DNA of 64,000 nt from Pavona decussata. Lineage: Eukaryota. A program made the translations under genes and the position numbers. The stretch spans positions 806,001 through 870,000 of the forward strand of contig CDRNST010000001.1 of assembly GCA_977016875.1 (NCBI GenBank). The letters are read 5' to 3'. Below are positions 35,779 through 50,800 of the stretch, in pieces; the stretch's first letter is position 1, and each line of letters starts with the position of its first letter. The notes under the pieces are model-generated. The model was not told the DNA's origin. It saw only the letters and a program-made list of their open reading frames with translations, and made no database searches.

Positions 35779-37597
35779 CCAACATAGCAGAGAAGGTGTC
35801 TTACAGACTTTCTATCTTTTTTAATCAGAACTTTTGGCTGTTACTTCAGATGCAAGACAGAGCAAATTATGACTCTTATAACATAGAGGGCAAAATTACC
35901 CACTTCTGATTGGTAAAGAGGCGAAACTACTTGCTCCTGATTGGCTGAGCACGCCATTTCTACATTTTGTTGGTTTCTTCATTTTATGCCGCGACAATAA
36001 CAACTTCTTTCAGGTTATTTGGAGCTTGTGCCAAAAATACTTGGAAATCAAGTGCTACAACAGTTACAAACTGAAGGAAATTCCTAACGTTAAAGCTTCG
36101 TTTCTTACAAGAAACAGTAAGAGATTATTTGTGTCTAAAGCTAAAATCTTGATTGGATTTGTTTGGTTAAAAACTGGAATCATTCATGGCCAGTGCTTTC
36201 ACCTCTCTATGGCTTCTACCAACAAATTATAACCTAACAATAATAACAGCACTTGCCCTTTTGATGGGAGGAAGGAGCAGGTCTAATTCAGTAGAAGAAA
36301 TTTACTCTGCAAGTTCCTTCTTTGAACCCTACGGTTTGCTATTTTTATTGATATGTAATCATGTGATTATCAAGCTGCGGTAGAAAGCTTCACAGTGCAG
36401 GTGAATCAAAATTATTGATGCCTAACATTTGGTTTAATTGTTGTTAGTTTGCTCATGAATTAAACTTGCATTTTCTCAATTGTAATGTGTATATAAACAA
36501 TCAAAGTTTTCGCAAATCGCCATCATCGCTGTGCGACTCAGGCAATTTGCGACAACTCTGAAAATACCCATGAAAATCAATCCTTTATTCTACTCGGCAT
36601 CATGCGATTACATATACTAACATGGCTGTGTTTGGATGTCTGTAAACTCACCTTACCAACTAAGTTGCCCAAGTTCCAAGTCAGCATGTAACTAGGTTAA
36701 GCTTCAAGCGTTATCTTGTAACTTAACTTGTATTCATGTATTTCGTAAGTTAGCAGGTTTTGTTTTATTTTGTATTTGTAAGTAATGTTTTCAATCAATT
36801 TAAAAAAAAAATACCAACCAAGTTGCCCAAGTTCCAAATGCATTTGAAGAATTTTTTCTGACACTCACTTGTAATTTTAAACAAAATGCCCTCTGGAATC
36901 ATTTGGCTTTAATTCACTTACAATATGACGCAATCAAAAATTACATTTGGAAATTGTTGTTCAACTAATAGAGGTTTTTGTTTTTGTTATTTGCGCCTCA
37001 TCTTACCTTATGATCAGTCTTGAGTCAATAACAACAACAGCAACAACAACAACAATAATTTGGTATTCCCACATGAGATATACATGGTATTACCTATAAT
37101 AAAATAGGGTTAATAGTGTATAATCTAAAAATATTACAAAAGGGTCTCTCACTTAATTAAATAATTAAAATCTGTCTATAATCCATAATAGAACAATTAG
37201 ATTATGAGCTTGAGATTTCTATTGCATGATAGCTGATGAGGGCACAGCCCGAATGAGCTATCATGCATAGAAATTGAGGAATTGTTTTAGTATAAATCTA
37301 CTAGTCGGTCAAAACTAAACAAGTAAATTAACTATGTTCTCATCGCAGACACTTCGAAAACGCGACAAAGCGGCTGCCATTTTGTTGAAAACCGCTACTC
37401 ACTATCTATCACAGAATAGATAGCGAGTAGCGTAGCCAATCAGAGAACAGCATTTGTGATAGAACACTAGTAGATTTATACTAATATTGGATATAGGCAG
37501 CTGTAAGTCTGCAAATAGTAGGATCTTCATTGTTAAAAAGAAAAATAATTTTAGAATTATCGTCAAAATCATCGAAATGGGGATATTTTCTTATTAA

Positions 37598-38416
37598 TAG
37601 GAAGTAACATGTCGATAATTTTGAAAGTTGATAGACATCGATAGTTGTTGATCGAATTCGATACTAATTAATCGACAAATATCGGAAATCAATAAAAATT
37701 TATCACAAGATTTTTTGTGATTATCGATTTTGATCGATTTTCAATGGTAAAATTCGATTTGATCGATTTTAATCGACAAGTATCTGAATATGAAAAAGAC
37801 GTATGGCGGGAGATAAGACTGCAGTCGAACACAGACTAATGAAACAGGAGCCGATCGGCCAGCAAGACTTCATTGAACCCGGATTCAGCAGTCACTGTAT
37901 TAGAAGCTCAAACAAAAATGAGGAGCAGCAAAATAACTCTATTCACATCAAATCTCAAAAAAACTCTTGAACGTCCGTTGTTTTTAGAAAAACGTGGCTC
38001 AGGGAACATCAATTCGAGTTATATTACAGGGAATGAAATTAGGTACGATCGAACGGTTTAGCATGGCTGAACAAAATAATGTTAACCATTTCTCAAGGCA
38101 AACATCCTATTCTACATCGAATAACAACACTTTTATAACAAACCACTTGGTTGCTCAGTTTTTATTAACCTTTATTGCCATACTGATTTCTACTGTAGAG
38201 CTGTTTTCACTTCTATAAATTGCCATTCAAGCTATATCGGATTATTGGCTTGGTTAATTTCGCAGCCGATTGAAAATTGGCCCATTTTCTGTCGATAACA
38301 ATCGATAGTCAGTTTAAAATCTTGTGGCTATCGACTTTTATCGACAAAATAAACTTGTCGATTGACAATTTTCGACAAATATCGATGATCAATTTCGATC
38401 TACGTGTTACGCCCTG
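37598..38416. mobile_element. Non-autonomous TIR element with ATCGA-rich subterminal repeats
   Basis: Left taggaagtaacatgtcgat vs reverse complement of right cagggcgtaacacgtagat; ttattaa on both flanks; dense atcga/tcgat motifs at both ends. Confidence 0.55.
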
Positions 38417-40349
38417 TTATTAAGCTTTCGAAGAACTTTGAAGGTAAATTATCATAAAGGACAGGTGGCAATGAAGTATAAAAAAACAAATCCTGTTCAA
38501 CTTCATTTAAGTGGCAGAAAAGGCTATTCCAAGATTTTCTGGGGTTTTGGGTATTGTGTGTCTGCTATATTTCGTAGTTTAGCCATAAGACTTTATAGCT
38601 TGCAGATAAGAAATATTTCAAAAGTCAAATTTCACACAAAACATAAGCTTATCTCCTTGGATTATTAGTCTATAATTCAGTGTTGGTTAAAATCGCCCTT
38701 TCCTTTTCTCTATACACTAATTCTGTTGCCCAAATTATCTCTACTTTGGCTAACAGTAAACTGAACAGCTTGTCTTACCTGCAAACAAGCAAATCTTGCC
38801 GCTCACTCGATCAACAAACCAAGCACAACACCTTTCCCGTGTTCCTTTACACGTGTTGACACTAAATAACATCGACCGAAATCAGCTGCAGCTATAGTCT
38901 TTCCATAAGCCGCGTAGTTCAATGCAATACTACTGAGTCTATTACAGTCTTTTTTAGTAATATAAACTGAAAATATCAAAAAATGACCGTTTTGTCACTC
39001 GAAACTAACTCCAATTAGCATTCTCAGCAGCGATCGACCAAGTGAAAAAGTGTGAATAAAATTAAATTGAATTGAATTGAGAGGAAGTCGAGGGACAATG
39101 GTAGGTACTTCATGTATGGTACCGGACAATTTCAATCATTTTGTAAGACGCCGCTGACAGATCGATTGGCATGGTGAACTGGACTTGAAGTGTTTGAATC
39201 TGCCATAAGCTAAGTGTATGCTTCATTTGATCTCATTAACAATTCAAAAGCCAAGACAAAGGAAATCATGCACCGTGACGTGTTTGGATATCTGATGAAA
39301 AACTCCTCGTTTTTGCATCCTTAATTTCTCCTTCAAAATCAGTTTGTTTGAGAAGTTGTATCAAACACTCGTCACAGTATTTCATCACAATAACAAAAAC
39401 CTCGAAGTTCGTCAAAAATACTCCCTTACGCGTCGTATTTTCAACTCTCTTCTCGGTGTTTGATATGTGATGAAACACTGTGTCTCGTGTTTGATATATT
39501 ACTTAAAAAATGCTCAGACATGATTAGAAAAATGTTATTTGAAATTAAAGATATTGTTATTTGGTAGTATTTTACTGCCCTAGATTTGGTATTAATGACG
39601 TAAGGAACCAGGAGCCGGCCCAAGCTGAATGTTCTTATTTTTCAGCCGATGTTAGGCTGAAAATATTCTCGTGAATATTCTTAGATTATAGCCATCGAAC
39701 TGTCATTATCGTTTTATTGGCTGGTTTGCTGTCTAGAGAAAGGAAGAATTTTATACGGTTTAGTTAAAAACATATAATTGTATTGTGTTTACAAATTTTT
39801 AACACACAAAACTATATTCTTTTCAAAATCGCAGCCTCGGTTTATTCTTAAAATATTCTTAAAATTTGGCAAATTTCAGTCTCGATATTCTTATAAAATA
39901 AATTCTTATATACAAAAAGAGTGTACACTGGTACTTTCAGAGGGAGTGAAGGTAGACGTCCGATCGCGAGTAACCAAACTTAATGCACAAAGCTTACGAA
40001 GGCGGCAAGGGAATCGCACTAGTCCAAAATTTTGATAACATATTTGCTCCTCACTGAAATTAAATTGATGCAAATCGAGAGAGATATAAAGATCTTTTTC
40101 AAGTTTCCTTTCTCTGCCCAAATTAAATTAGTATTTTCTCACTCTGGTGCGGCAAGGACCATCTAATTATTCTGGTTCTGTGAAACACTGTAATTTCCCA
40201 GATCGTTGGTCAAGCCCCGCGGTAGCCATTATCTATTTCAAAGAGACCTCAGTGTGATGTCGTTTTCCTTCTTACAAGTGCGGACGGATAGTTCATAGCA
40301 AGATAATATCAGAAGAATCCATTTTGAGCTAGGAACGTCTAGTCTTTCT

Positions 40350-40726
40350 CAGGGGCACCGAACGGATCGTTTCGGTAAACTTCGGAAGGCCCTTAATCTC
40401 CTACAATTTTCTAAAAATAATTTTCGCCTCTTTCGTGATATGGGAAATTTAAGGCCTGGTTTTTTAGGATTGATAAAAATGTCGTTTCTGGTACCGAAAA
40501 AAGGTCAGCTAAGATTTTCGGAAAGGAAATAAGACCTAGGTTTTTTGGGAAATGGACAAAAATGCCCTAGTAATTTCGAAAAGACTCAAGTTCCCCTAGA
40601 ATGACCAAACAGATAAAAATATTATAGCGCAGCTTTAAATGAATCTACAGAGCTTTAAAGGCACTCCAGATAGCCTAAAATAGCGTTTCAAAGGATCTGA
40701 GAGAAAACTCCCATTGGGTGCCCCTG
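40350..40726. mobile_element. MITE
   Basis: caggggcacc...ggtgcccctg with ctttct on both flanks. Confidence 0.6.
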
Positions 40727-41629
40727 CTTTCTGATAAAGAACCTTACGGAATGCTGGATTTATAGCTCGATCGTGCGAAACGCGCACTAAAGCCTTTTTG
40801 CAGGTACCTATTTTTTTTATGATTCAAACTTATTCGATCTCAGCTGTGAGCTGGTAAAATCCAGACCAGTACAATTCATTAGGATAAGCAGATAATAAGT
40901 AATAACTTAATGTGCGACTGAAATGAGTTGGTCAACCAGTAAAATGTAACTATTATGCCGATAGGAAATCATAACTTGAAGAACTGACGGGAGCCAAATA
41001 CCTGATTCAGTCATTCTACGTTTCGTGAACTCTGGGACTTAGTTAAAAAAAAACTCAAGCGACACTTCATTTTGACCCATTTTATAGTTTATTCAGGTTT
41101 AACCAAGCAACAATTATACGCCGTTTGTCCGACCGAGATTCCGCGTTTGAGCTGAACCCAGGGACGGATCAACTAATTTTCACGGGATCAGGGATCAAAA
41201 TTTATAAGCCAGGGATTTTGGAACCACGGAACAAAATTTTTAAAGGCCAAAATTTTGGTTCAGTCCGGAAAAAATATACCTCGTTACGACCCTGGGATAT
41301 GGTTGCTCTACAAACTGGTTGAAATTTCAACAGCTTTGGGTTTAATGGACACAGACAAAATAATTACTGAGCATCATGTTAGCTAGACATGAGTCTGTTT
41401 TTCAAGTCTTAATCATCGAAGACTATACAACATGCACATCGCACTTTTATGTTCAAAGTCAAAACGGCCTGGTATCTATTTACATAATGGAGCTCACCGG
41501 CCGAGAGGGAGGGGGTCGGGTACTCAACTTACTTTTTACGGGGAGGCTATGCCTTGAGGTCCAAACCCAATACCCTTTTATATTCCACTTTTGGCAGGAA
41601 AGGTAACCCTTTGATATACCTTCCGTAGG

Positions 41630-42115
41630 AAATGGTACATCACCAAAGTGATATTCAGTGGGGCCCTGTAGATTGAGGGGAAAAAACCAACATAATGCTT
41701 TAAAACTTACAAATGATTTAAAAATTACAAATATTTTAAAAATAGAAAATACAAAGACAGCAATAGGTAATAAAAATTAGGAAATATAAGGATTAAAAAC
41801 TTGCTAAAAACACGCTTTTTGATACGTTGCTTAAAAGTCAAAAATGAGTCTATGTCTTTGATAGACTGTTTCTAAAAGGTTCCATCCATTAATACCCTGG
41901 TAAAGGAGTCTCTTCTTTCCGTAGTTTGTTCGGACGAGTGGCAGACGGAAATCATTCTTTCTCCGGGTATTATAGCAATGGATGTCAATGCTCCTAAGAA
42001 TATTAAAATCACAATCTACGAGTCCATGAATACACTTAAAAGTGATCACGTATCTGTTTACAAAGCGACGTTGGGACAAAGTTGGCCAGCCAAGTGACTT
42101 GAGTGCATCGGTGGA
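41630..42115 (-). mobile_element. 5'-truncated non-LTR retrotransposon (CR1/L2-like) 3' end
   Basis: ALKSLGWPTLSQRR...TFKCIHGL...HCYNTRRKNDFRLPLVRTNYGKKRLLYQG...WNLL is typical of the ORF2 C-terminus downstream of RT; it is followed by a T-rich 3' UTR. Confidence 0.75.
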
Positions 42116-43146
42116 AAAAGTCATGGGAACGCGGTTGCCCCTTTCATGTACCTTTAGTAGAAACACTCTTTATTCAATGGTTTATTCGAGATATTTCGAA
42201 AGGCCTTCTCCCTGCTAGCAGAGCCTCTCTTTCTGGCAAGTATTTTAGCATGTACCGAGGACGCACGCTAAACAAGAGAAATACCAGAGATGTGAAAGAC
42301 TTCGTACCTCCCAAAAAGAACTTGCCAGGGAGAAACGCTTTGCTAGCAGGGCATTAAATGACAGGGTTGTTTTACAAACCTTTTCTCTTTTTTATGCTTC
42401 AGCTCGTGTAGTCCCGACCCTTTTACGGCAACACTCATAAGGCGGTTTTCTTTATTCCTCAGTTGTTTCATTCTGACTATTCAACAATCCCAATCATATT
42501 TTCGTCCACACAGTTTTCTTCCTCTGCACACGAAAAACAACTGAGGAACAGAGAAAGAGAAGTCTCGAGACAACCGCAAACTCGTTTCCAGGGTCCTCTC
42601 TCTTCCTCCCTGGAGATCGGAGGGAGGAAGAGAGAGAACCCTGGAAACTAGGCTGCTGTCGAGACGTCACAGCCCTATTATTCCCACTCTCCCGTCTTGC
42701 GCGGTATTGTTAAATTTGACACTTTTATCCGCCTCAAAAACAAAATTAATAAATGATATTAAGGAATTTTTTTCGACTTTCATCCAAGAACAACATGACG
42801 ATTTGATCGAGTAAATAAAAAAAAATTACGCCATCTGCACTTCAAAAAACTTTCAGTGTCATTGGAGAGAAAATAATAATTTGCTTCCATCACAAAAAAT
42901 ACCCCCGTTGGCTACCTAAGAATTATAAAATTCACGTTGGGATGTTTGATAACACTGTATTTTTCAAGGCTTGAGATAACACAATTACATTATTTGACTT
43001 TTTTTGGCAATGATACGATCAGTTCCATTTAAGATCATAAATTGTTACAATAACTATCGGATTTCTTCAAGTCTTTGTCAAGATGAATGACACTTTTAAA
43101 AATAAATAAATTAACACCTTAACGGCTAAATTAATGACCTCCAATG

Positions 43147-43315
43147 AAACCTGCGTAGCAAGTGTCTCCGTTGGGTTTTTTTTTTTTAACGTTTTTGCTG
43201 TTTGAACGTGCGGAAATTGACGAGAAAGGAAAAAAACCCTCTCGTCCCGATATCCTAGCGGTCAAAAAGCGAAGAAGGCACAAAACCTCAGTGGAAACGC
43301 TTGCTACACAAGCTA
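43147..43315. mobile_element. Short TIR element with 9-bp TSD
   Basis: aaacctgcgtagcaag...cttgctacacaagcta flanked by cctccaatg on both sides (43138-46, 43316-24). Confidence 0.75.
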
Positions 43316-44842
43316 CCTCCAATGCACAATTCCTGGTAATTTCAACAACCTGCAATTTCAGAAATAGAGCGGTTTTCAATCGCGTGTCGCCAGACCAGAA
43401 CCAAAGAAATTACTCTAGCCAATCACAGCAGATGCAAAGAGCACAACGAACCAATCAGAGCTCAAAGCAAATACAAGTCACCGGCTCCAAGCGCGGGAAA
43501 ACGCGTTCAAACGAGTCATGATTGGTTTTGTTTCTCATTGGTTGAGAAAGTGGCGCTTTTTTTTTTAACCAATCACGGAGCGCAGTTAAGCAAAACCAAA
43601 GCAAACACGAACTACTATCGACGCTCAGTTGAAAACCACTCTAAACCTGAAGCAATACAAGTTTTACCGCAGATATAATACTCTATATTATTTCCCCTTT
43701 GTAGTGTCGTGTGATAATCTCGTGCCATAAATTTAGAGTCGGGTATATACACTGTGTCGAGACTCAAAATCAATTGACACAAAATCGACAGATTTGTACT
43801 GGAAATATTGCAAAAGAATAAATACATTTAGAATAAATACATTTCATTTGATGATAAGGCGAAACTATAAATGATGAAAACGGTTGCTGCTCTGCACCAA
43901 GTTTTAAAATTATCTTAGGTAATTCTGTTTTATTTCATTCGAGATTTGTCACATTTCGTTCTTCAGTGTGATGGAAATGGACGAAAGACCTCAGTTTTGT
44001 ATAAATTATTTATCAATACTGCCCTGTTCAGACTAGCTAGGCGCCCGTTCCGCGGTGACGTTCCCCGGGCACTGAAAAGGTTGACTGTGATTCGTAAATA
44101 AACCCGTCAAACCTTAAGCTCCATTCACACCACCAAAACACGTTTAATTAAACCAGGTTTAACAAAATGAAAATTGGTAACAGAAAGCTGAACCATTGGC
44201 TTTGACATAGGATTCAAGTAAACTTGATCTTATGCTTTCATTTGTGGTTAATCTGGAGTGGACAAAAATCCGAAGCAGCTTTTATGAAGGAAACAATTTT
44301 AAACTGTGCTTAATTATACAGCTTTTGAACGTGTTTAAGCCTTGGTGTGAATGGGGCATTAGCTTTTATCCCCCAAGTATACATTGTATACCAAAGGCCT
44401 GAATGCCTAGTGTCGAAAGCATACACATAGATGCTAAAAAGCGGAAGTTCCCATTTTCACAACTCGTTGCACAGAAAAACAGACTCTTGGTGGATAAAAT
44501 TAAAAGAAAAAAGGTAACTCCACTTCCCTAAGAAATGACCGCATTATCACTTTTTCTTCAAATCTGATAAACAACTGAAGACATTATTTATATACACCTA
44601 TAAAACATTCTTCATCCCAGAAGTTCTCAGGAATTTATCCGCTCTACAAACACAACGATTTACTTTTTTTTTTGGCAAGTAATAAGCACCTCTTCTCTTC
44701 TTTTCTCGATGTTTCGTTGATTTTCATTGAGTTACATTGTAGCAGATATGAATACAATTGTAACGAACCACCCTTTTTGAAAGACACATTCTGGCTCACT
44801 CCACGTTGCTATACGCCATTGTTGATGGTGCTCCCCTGATTG

Positions 44843-47800
44843 TCATGGCATAGGAGGGGGTGGTGGTGGGGGTGACGTGGGTTCAGGATCAGGGGGTGGT
44901 GGAGGGGGTGCCATTCCTTGCATCATCCCTGGCATCAAAGTTGATGGAAACATAGGTGTCATGAACTGAGTTGGAAATTGCACGGCTTGTGGCTGCATCT
45001 CCGCACTCGGAAAAACACCAAGTATTCCTGGTGCGTTTAAAGATGAAAGCACTGTGGACGGAGGTGGGGGAGGAGGTGGTGGGGGAGTCAACGGTTTCAC
45101 TGTTACAACTGAAGGGGGTGCAACTGTTGTGCCTGGTTTAACAGAACTTGAGAGTTTTTTAGATGATTCTGTTGATCCCGAGGGCAACTTGTGCGATGAA
45201 GAATGCCCAGGATGCCCAGGATGCCCATGATGAGATGACGACGACGACGACTTGTGGCTTGAAGGAGTGTGATGAGAAGACGGATGCGGTTTTTTGGATG
45301 AGTGCGAATGTGAATGAGCAGAACTATGGGAAGATTGAGATGAATGGCCAGTTTGAGAGTGGTGATGAAGTGGATTAAAAGGCTTAACAGAGTGACTTGA
45401 ACTCTTGGACGCAGAGGAGTGTACATGTTTGATGTTTCCAGATGGAGAGGAGTCGGATGACTGAGACGACCCGCTGGGCTTTCGATGGGACGATGAATGC
45501 GAACGCTGCGAGTGAGAGTGCGACGATTTGTGTTTCTTGGCAGGTTGAGATTCATCGTGGTGATGGTGTCTATGTTTACTTCGCGATGACGAAGGATCTT
45601 TGGTTGACACGGACGTTCCTGAAGTTGAATGAGCCATGGATGTCGAAACTTTGACTTCATTGGATTGTATTTGACTAGCAGTAGTAACAGTTGCATACTT
45701 AGATGTAAGAGGGGGTAATGGCGGCAAAGGAGGCAAGGCTGTGGTTGATGAAGAGGAACTTGCCCCAGATGATGCTGTCACCGTAGAGGTGGTCGGCAAT
45801 GGCTTAAGTTTACCTAGAGAGGATTCTTTCCTTCTTTCTTTGTCTCTCTCTTTTTCCTTGTCAGATTTTGGCTTATGCGACGACTTTCCATCCACATCAT
45901 TGTGCAAAATATCATAAGAAGAAAATCCATTATGAGCTCCGTCCAATAGATTGTTAGTGGCGGCTGAAGCACTCACTGATGAGCTTGAAGCTCCACTATT
46001 TGCTCTGCTGCTTGAGTCTCCCTTTGATACCTTGCCATGTGAAACACCCTGAAAGTAAACAAACACAGGCGCCTCAGAATGACCTACACCCAAGGCATTT
46101 CTCATCAACGGGAGCTGCATGTAAGCAAAGCATGCCGCTCTGCTCGATTCTTGGCTTACTTTAGTTTAGTTAAACTGAGAACATTATTTTTGGCACTAGA
46201 ATGTCGGGAATGCTTGAACGTAACTTGCATGTTGCATGTTAGCCTTTTGAAAGAATTGCGTTCTCACGAGAAGTTGCATCTCTGCATGATCTCTTCTTGG
46301 CTAGAAACATAGGTGAAACGCACAACATTCTATATTAGTTTCCGAACAAGTTGAGGAAAACTGGTATTTCTCAGGTCATACTTTTGAATTGAGTAGAAGG
46401 CTTTGCATACAATATTCCGTATCAAACAATCTTTGGATATTCCAAATCAATCTTCAAAATTTTTAGAAATCCTTCGAAAAAGATCAGAACAGGACAATCT
46501 TCCAACAAGTGATGAACTTAGGGCATAACCAATCGCTGGCACATTTTAGGTTGGTTTTCGTTTGTTTTTTAAATAACATTTGCCAGACGTTTTGCATGTC
46601 GTCTTCAATTCTTTCAAAAAACGTCGCCCGCGGTTTGTTTTCGCCTTTTAGCGCTTCGTTTGAAGTAACTTCACACAATTAACATAGTATTCAAAACTGT
46701 TTTTCCTTCATTTTTTTTTCATTTTTAGTAACAATGAAATGTGAATTATTATTTTATTTTATTTTTTTTATCTTTACTGTATGTACGGTATCATTTATAC
46801 TAATCTGTGTGACCCAGTTATAAAATATAATCATCTCTGTAAATTTTCGCGTGAGTTAAATAAAATTGACTTGAAAACCCATATTTACATGTGAGAACAA
46901 GTGTTTCATTTGCATTCCAAACGAAACGCAAACTAGCGGATAAAATCTATGGTCGACGTTTCGTTCAGTTCCTTGCCTTTAAGTTGGTGACGGTGTTGAT
47001 TTTCCTTTTAAGTCTGTTAGGGCACTTCTCCATGACTTTAAGAAAATCCTGCGCAATTTCTGCAAGAGTTCAAAAGATGAAGAAAGTATCTAAACAGCCT
47101 GTACGACAAGATATCGTTGTAACTACAAAATCACGTATCAAGGCATTCCTTTTGGCCAATTCTAAACTGCAAGAATGGAATATGACATGCATCATTATGC
47201 CAATACAACTATACCATCTAACATCGACTTGTTGACAGTAGGATCAATGTACTCCCACCAGTCTTTGCCGTCATTTGATCGAGGTATCTGGCAAACAAAT
47301 CAAAGTAAGCAAGTGGTTAACACCTGCATTGCTGTACTACAAAGAGTTTGGAAACTTGTGATATCTAGGGGCCCTCCACTTGTAGCCTGCCAGCCTCTGG
47401 ACAGAGAAGCACTCACATGGCTGGTAATCCCTGCAACCCAGAAATGAGCTCCCATACACGACCAACAAGCACCCGCCACACTGAGTTAACAGCGGATAAA
47501 AGAGAGAAGGGAGCGGATAGTGTGAACGCCGAAGTAAACCCAGCCAAATGGGGGCACACTGACAACCCCTTTAGAGTCCAAAACTGCACGCTACGAATTG
47601 ACGACTGCGTGAGGAAAGCAACGCCTCCTCAGAGCATGCACTGACCGCTAAGACTGCTGACTGCCACACTAAAGGCACCGCTCTTTGTTGTCAACTCAGT
47701 ATATTATTGCATTTCAGTGAATTCACTGCATTTAATACATATAGTGCGGAGACGTACCGCTGTAGTGGCTAGTGCATCAGGTATCAGATCTGTAAGTTGG

Positions 47801-50800
47801 TGTTTTGAGAACTAGTCTCTGTCGCTGTGTTGTTTCCTTAGACAAGAAATTTTGCTCTCTCTACCCAGGTGTACAAATGACATGAAATGAGAACCAGTGT
47901 TATACTGCTGGGGGTAACCCTATGATGGACTCACATCCTATGTGGAGAAGGGAGGGAGAAGGGAGGGAGCAAGGAAGAGAGGGGGGAGGGGCGGAAACTG
48001 GGTTAAGTACATGGCCATGTGATTTGGCTTGTAACAATTTACTTTGAACAAGTTACAAACTGGAAACCACGGTAATAAAAGTTAATCCATGGTCAATCTC
48101 ACCGATCTTACAGTATTATACATACAACAAAATAATAATAATAATAATAATACCGGTAATTTACCTCCCAGTTGGACCATTTTGATGCCAAGTGTATGCA
48201 CGCACAAGCTACCACAGGTGGTTTGTATTGCAGGCAGAGTGTGGTCAGATGGAGACTGTGAAACAGGAAACATACATTAGCACTTGAGGGAACCTTAAAG
48301 GAAGGTGCTACACTGTAGCTATGAATAAGAACATAATGCCTACCCGAAGTAATCAACACTTAAAAAAAAAAAAGAAGAAGAAGAAGAAAAGCAATCAGAT
48401 GAAGGAAGCATCAATGCATACAGAATCTTAGAGTGCTTTCAATTTGCAAGAACTGACTGGCCAGTCTGTAAATTGAATGCAAATATGTTGAAGGGACGGC
48501 GCTGCAAAATCTTGAAAAATCAATCACTCCGAAAATAGTACGCTCTATTTTGAAGAAATTCGAAGGACTAGGATAAAACTTAGCTTAAAATAAGGTGCAT
48601 CCAGGCCAGCCGGTTCTGACAAATGGAAAATGCCCCAAGTTCTCCTTGCAATCTACATAGTTGTTAGTCATTTGCTGGCAGTAGCTATTTTGAAGGAGCT
48701 GCATCACAATAATAATCATATTAGGGCCTTTCTGCACTAGCAAAAAATCTGTTTATTCTGACAAATTTTCTGTCATCATCAACACCTTACAAATGCAGAT
48801 GGTTTGTTGCGACTTTACAAATTTTGTTCAAGACGGGTTGATCTTCAAAGGCACCACCGACAATTTTTGCCACGGGTAAAAACTGGACAAAATCGATTAA
48901 ATAAACAAAATTGTGTTTTTCTTGTCAATGATTTTTCGTAAAGCCATTATTAGTGCTTCTACGGTTGAGAGATTGAACAGACTGGGAAGTGTAAATAGCT
49001 TCGAGTGTGGATACAAACTTTGAATACAAAAATTGCCTCGACCAAATATTTGTGTGGACTTTTACAAGGTGCGCTAGTGTGGAAAGGCCCTGACAATCAT
49101 GATCAGTGGCAGTAATCAAATAATCAATCAATCAGTCAACTATTGGTTGGGTATTGAAGGTCAGAGTTTGCATTTTACTGAAAGGCTCAGTAAACAGTTT
49201 CTGGGAAGTTGCATTCAATAATAGCAATTTGGGTAACAAAGAGAAATGACAAAATATCAAGCTTCTGTCATCTCAAACATGCAACATCAACAAGAGCAAT
49301 TTGCTTGTATGGTCTAGTGAAGTCTCCCTTTCAATTTCAGAAAGGCTAGAAGCACATGACTGTGAAACAAACACAAGGTAGTCAAATTCTACCTGTTGGT
49401 GGCCATGAAGTACGAGGTCTGGCCAAGGTCCTTGCTTGCTGAAGTGGGTAGTGTGAAATGTCAAATTAGCATCAAGTCATTTAACAGAAATATAAAATAA
49501 TAATTATTAGAATCTTCATAGCTCAAACAAGAAGAATTTTTACATTGCTCCACATGGCTATATGATTAGTTATACCACTATGACTCAAACGTTCATTAAT
49601 ACAAACAGTTAAGGAGCTGTTAAACAAGGCATTATTTCCTGCAACTTCCAATGTAACAATGACGATGTGCTTCGATGTATATTGCAACATGTCCAAAAAA
49701 CATAGTGTTAGTCTACTTTTCCTACAACTCACAATGCAATTTTTTCCTTACGAGATGAGTTGCAAAGAGGGAGTGTTACAGTTGCAATTTCATCTGTGAC
49801 TTGTCTAGCAACCAAGTTAAATTGCAAGTTGCAGGAAAAACTGCCTTGTGTAACAACAACTACAGTAATTGGTTTTCCTTTGGTGGTTCAATTTATGAAG
49901 ATTCTGAGTGCAATCACATAATACAATGAATGCTGGCTAGTGCAAACACACAGACACTGTAAAGGCCAACTGTAAAGACCTGATAGGGATAACACTAGTG
50001 TTTGAAATACACGTAGATGGGAAACGGAAAAAAAATAAATAAATAAAAAAGAAGCCACAGGTTTCAATGCTTTGTTTGAAGGGTGACGTTATGCTTAAGC
50101 CTGGTGAATAAAAAGATTAATGATAGTCACTTAAGGCCTTGTTCAGCACACTCCTTTTATTGTACTCTTTATGAGTATTCTATCACCCAGCTCAATGCAG
50201 CTTTTCAAGAACCAATCAGAAGTATTTCTCTGACCTGGCTAATGAATTGTGCTTCTGTTCCTCCAATGTGAGTTTGCAATGTATGCATGGTATGCAGGAA
50301 GTGAATTAGAGATAGAGAGATAGAGATTAAGGAAGCACACAAGCTAGTAAAATGAAATTATTGTTACTCTTGGATGTGATGCTCACCTCGCACCAACTGT
50401 ATGCACTTGACAACATAAGTGTGAGGATGATGAACGGTAATCTCAAACCCTACAGAACGGAAGACAAGAAAAAAAATCTTTCATGTCTAGCTGAAAAGTA
50501 AAGGGAATACACTCATTGGAAACCCTGAAGGCACACAAAAATTATTGAGTTGCTACAGTAGAATGAGTACAGGAAGAAAATTGTCCATTATGTCCAGGGA
50601 ATTCTCAAACTACATCAGACGAGATGAAAAGGAACCTTCTATCGTCATTTGCCTGCCTGGCCTTTTTACTCTAAGGTTATTTCAGGCAGCCAGTACCCAT
50701 GTTATTTGTGTGTTACATTGTAAATGCTTTTTGTAGACTCTGAGGTAAATAAAGTTTGTTGATGTTGTTGCTACTGTTGAGTTGTGTGCCGTTTAAAATA

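Noticed and set aside
46049-46120. Start of the 425-aa ORF as an independent gene
   Set aside because: It is intronic; the rest is cyclin T exon 10 after the acceptor at 46049-50.
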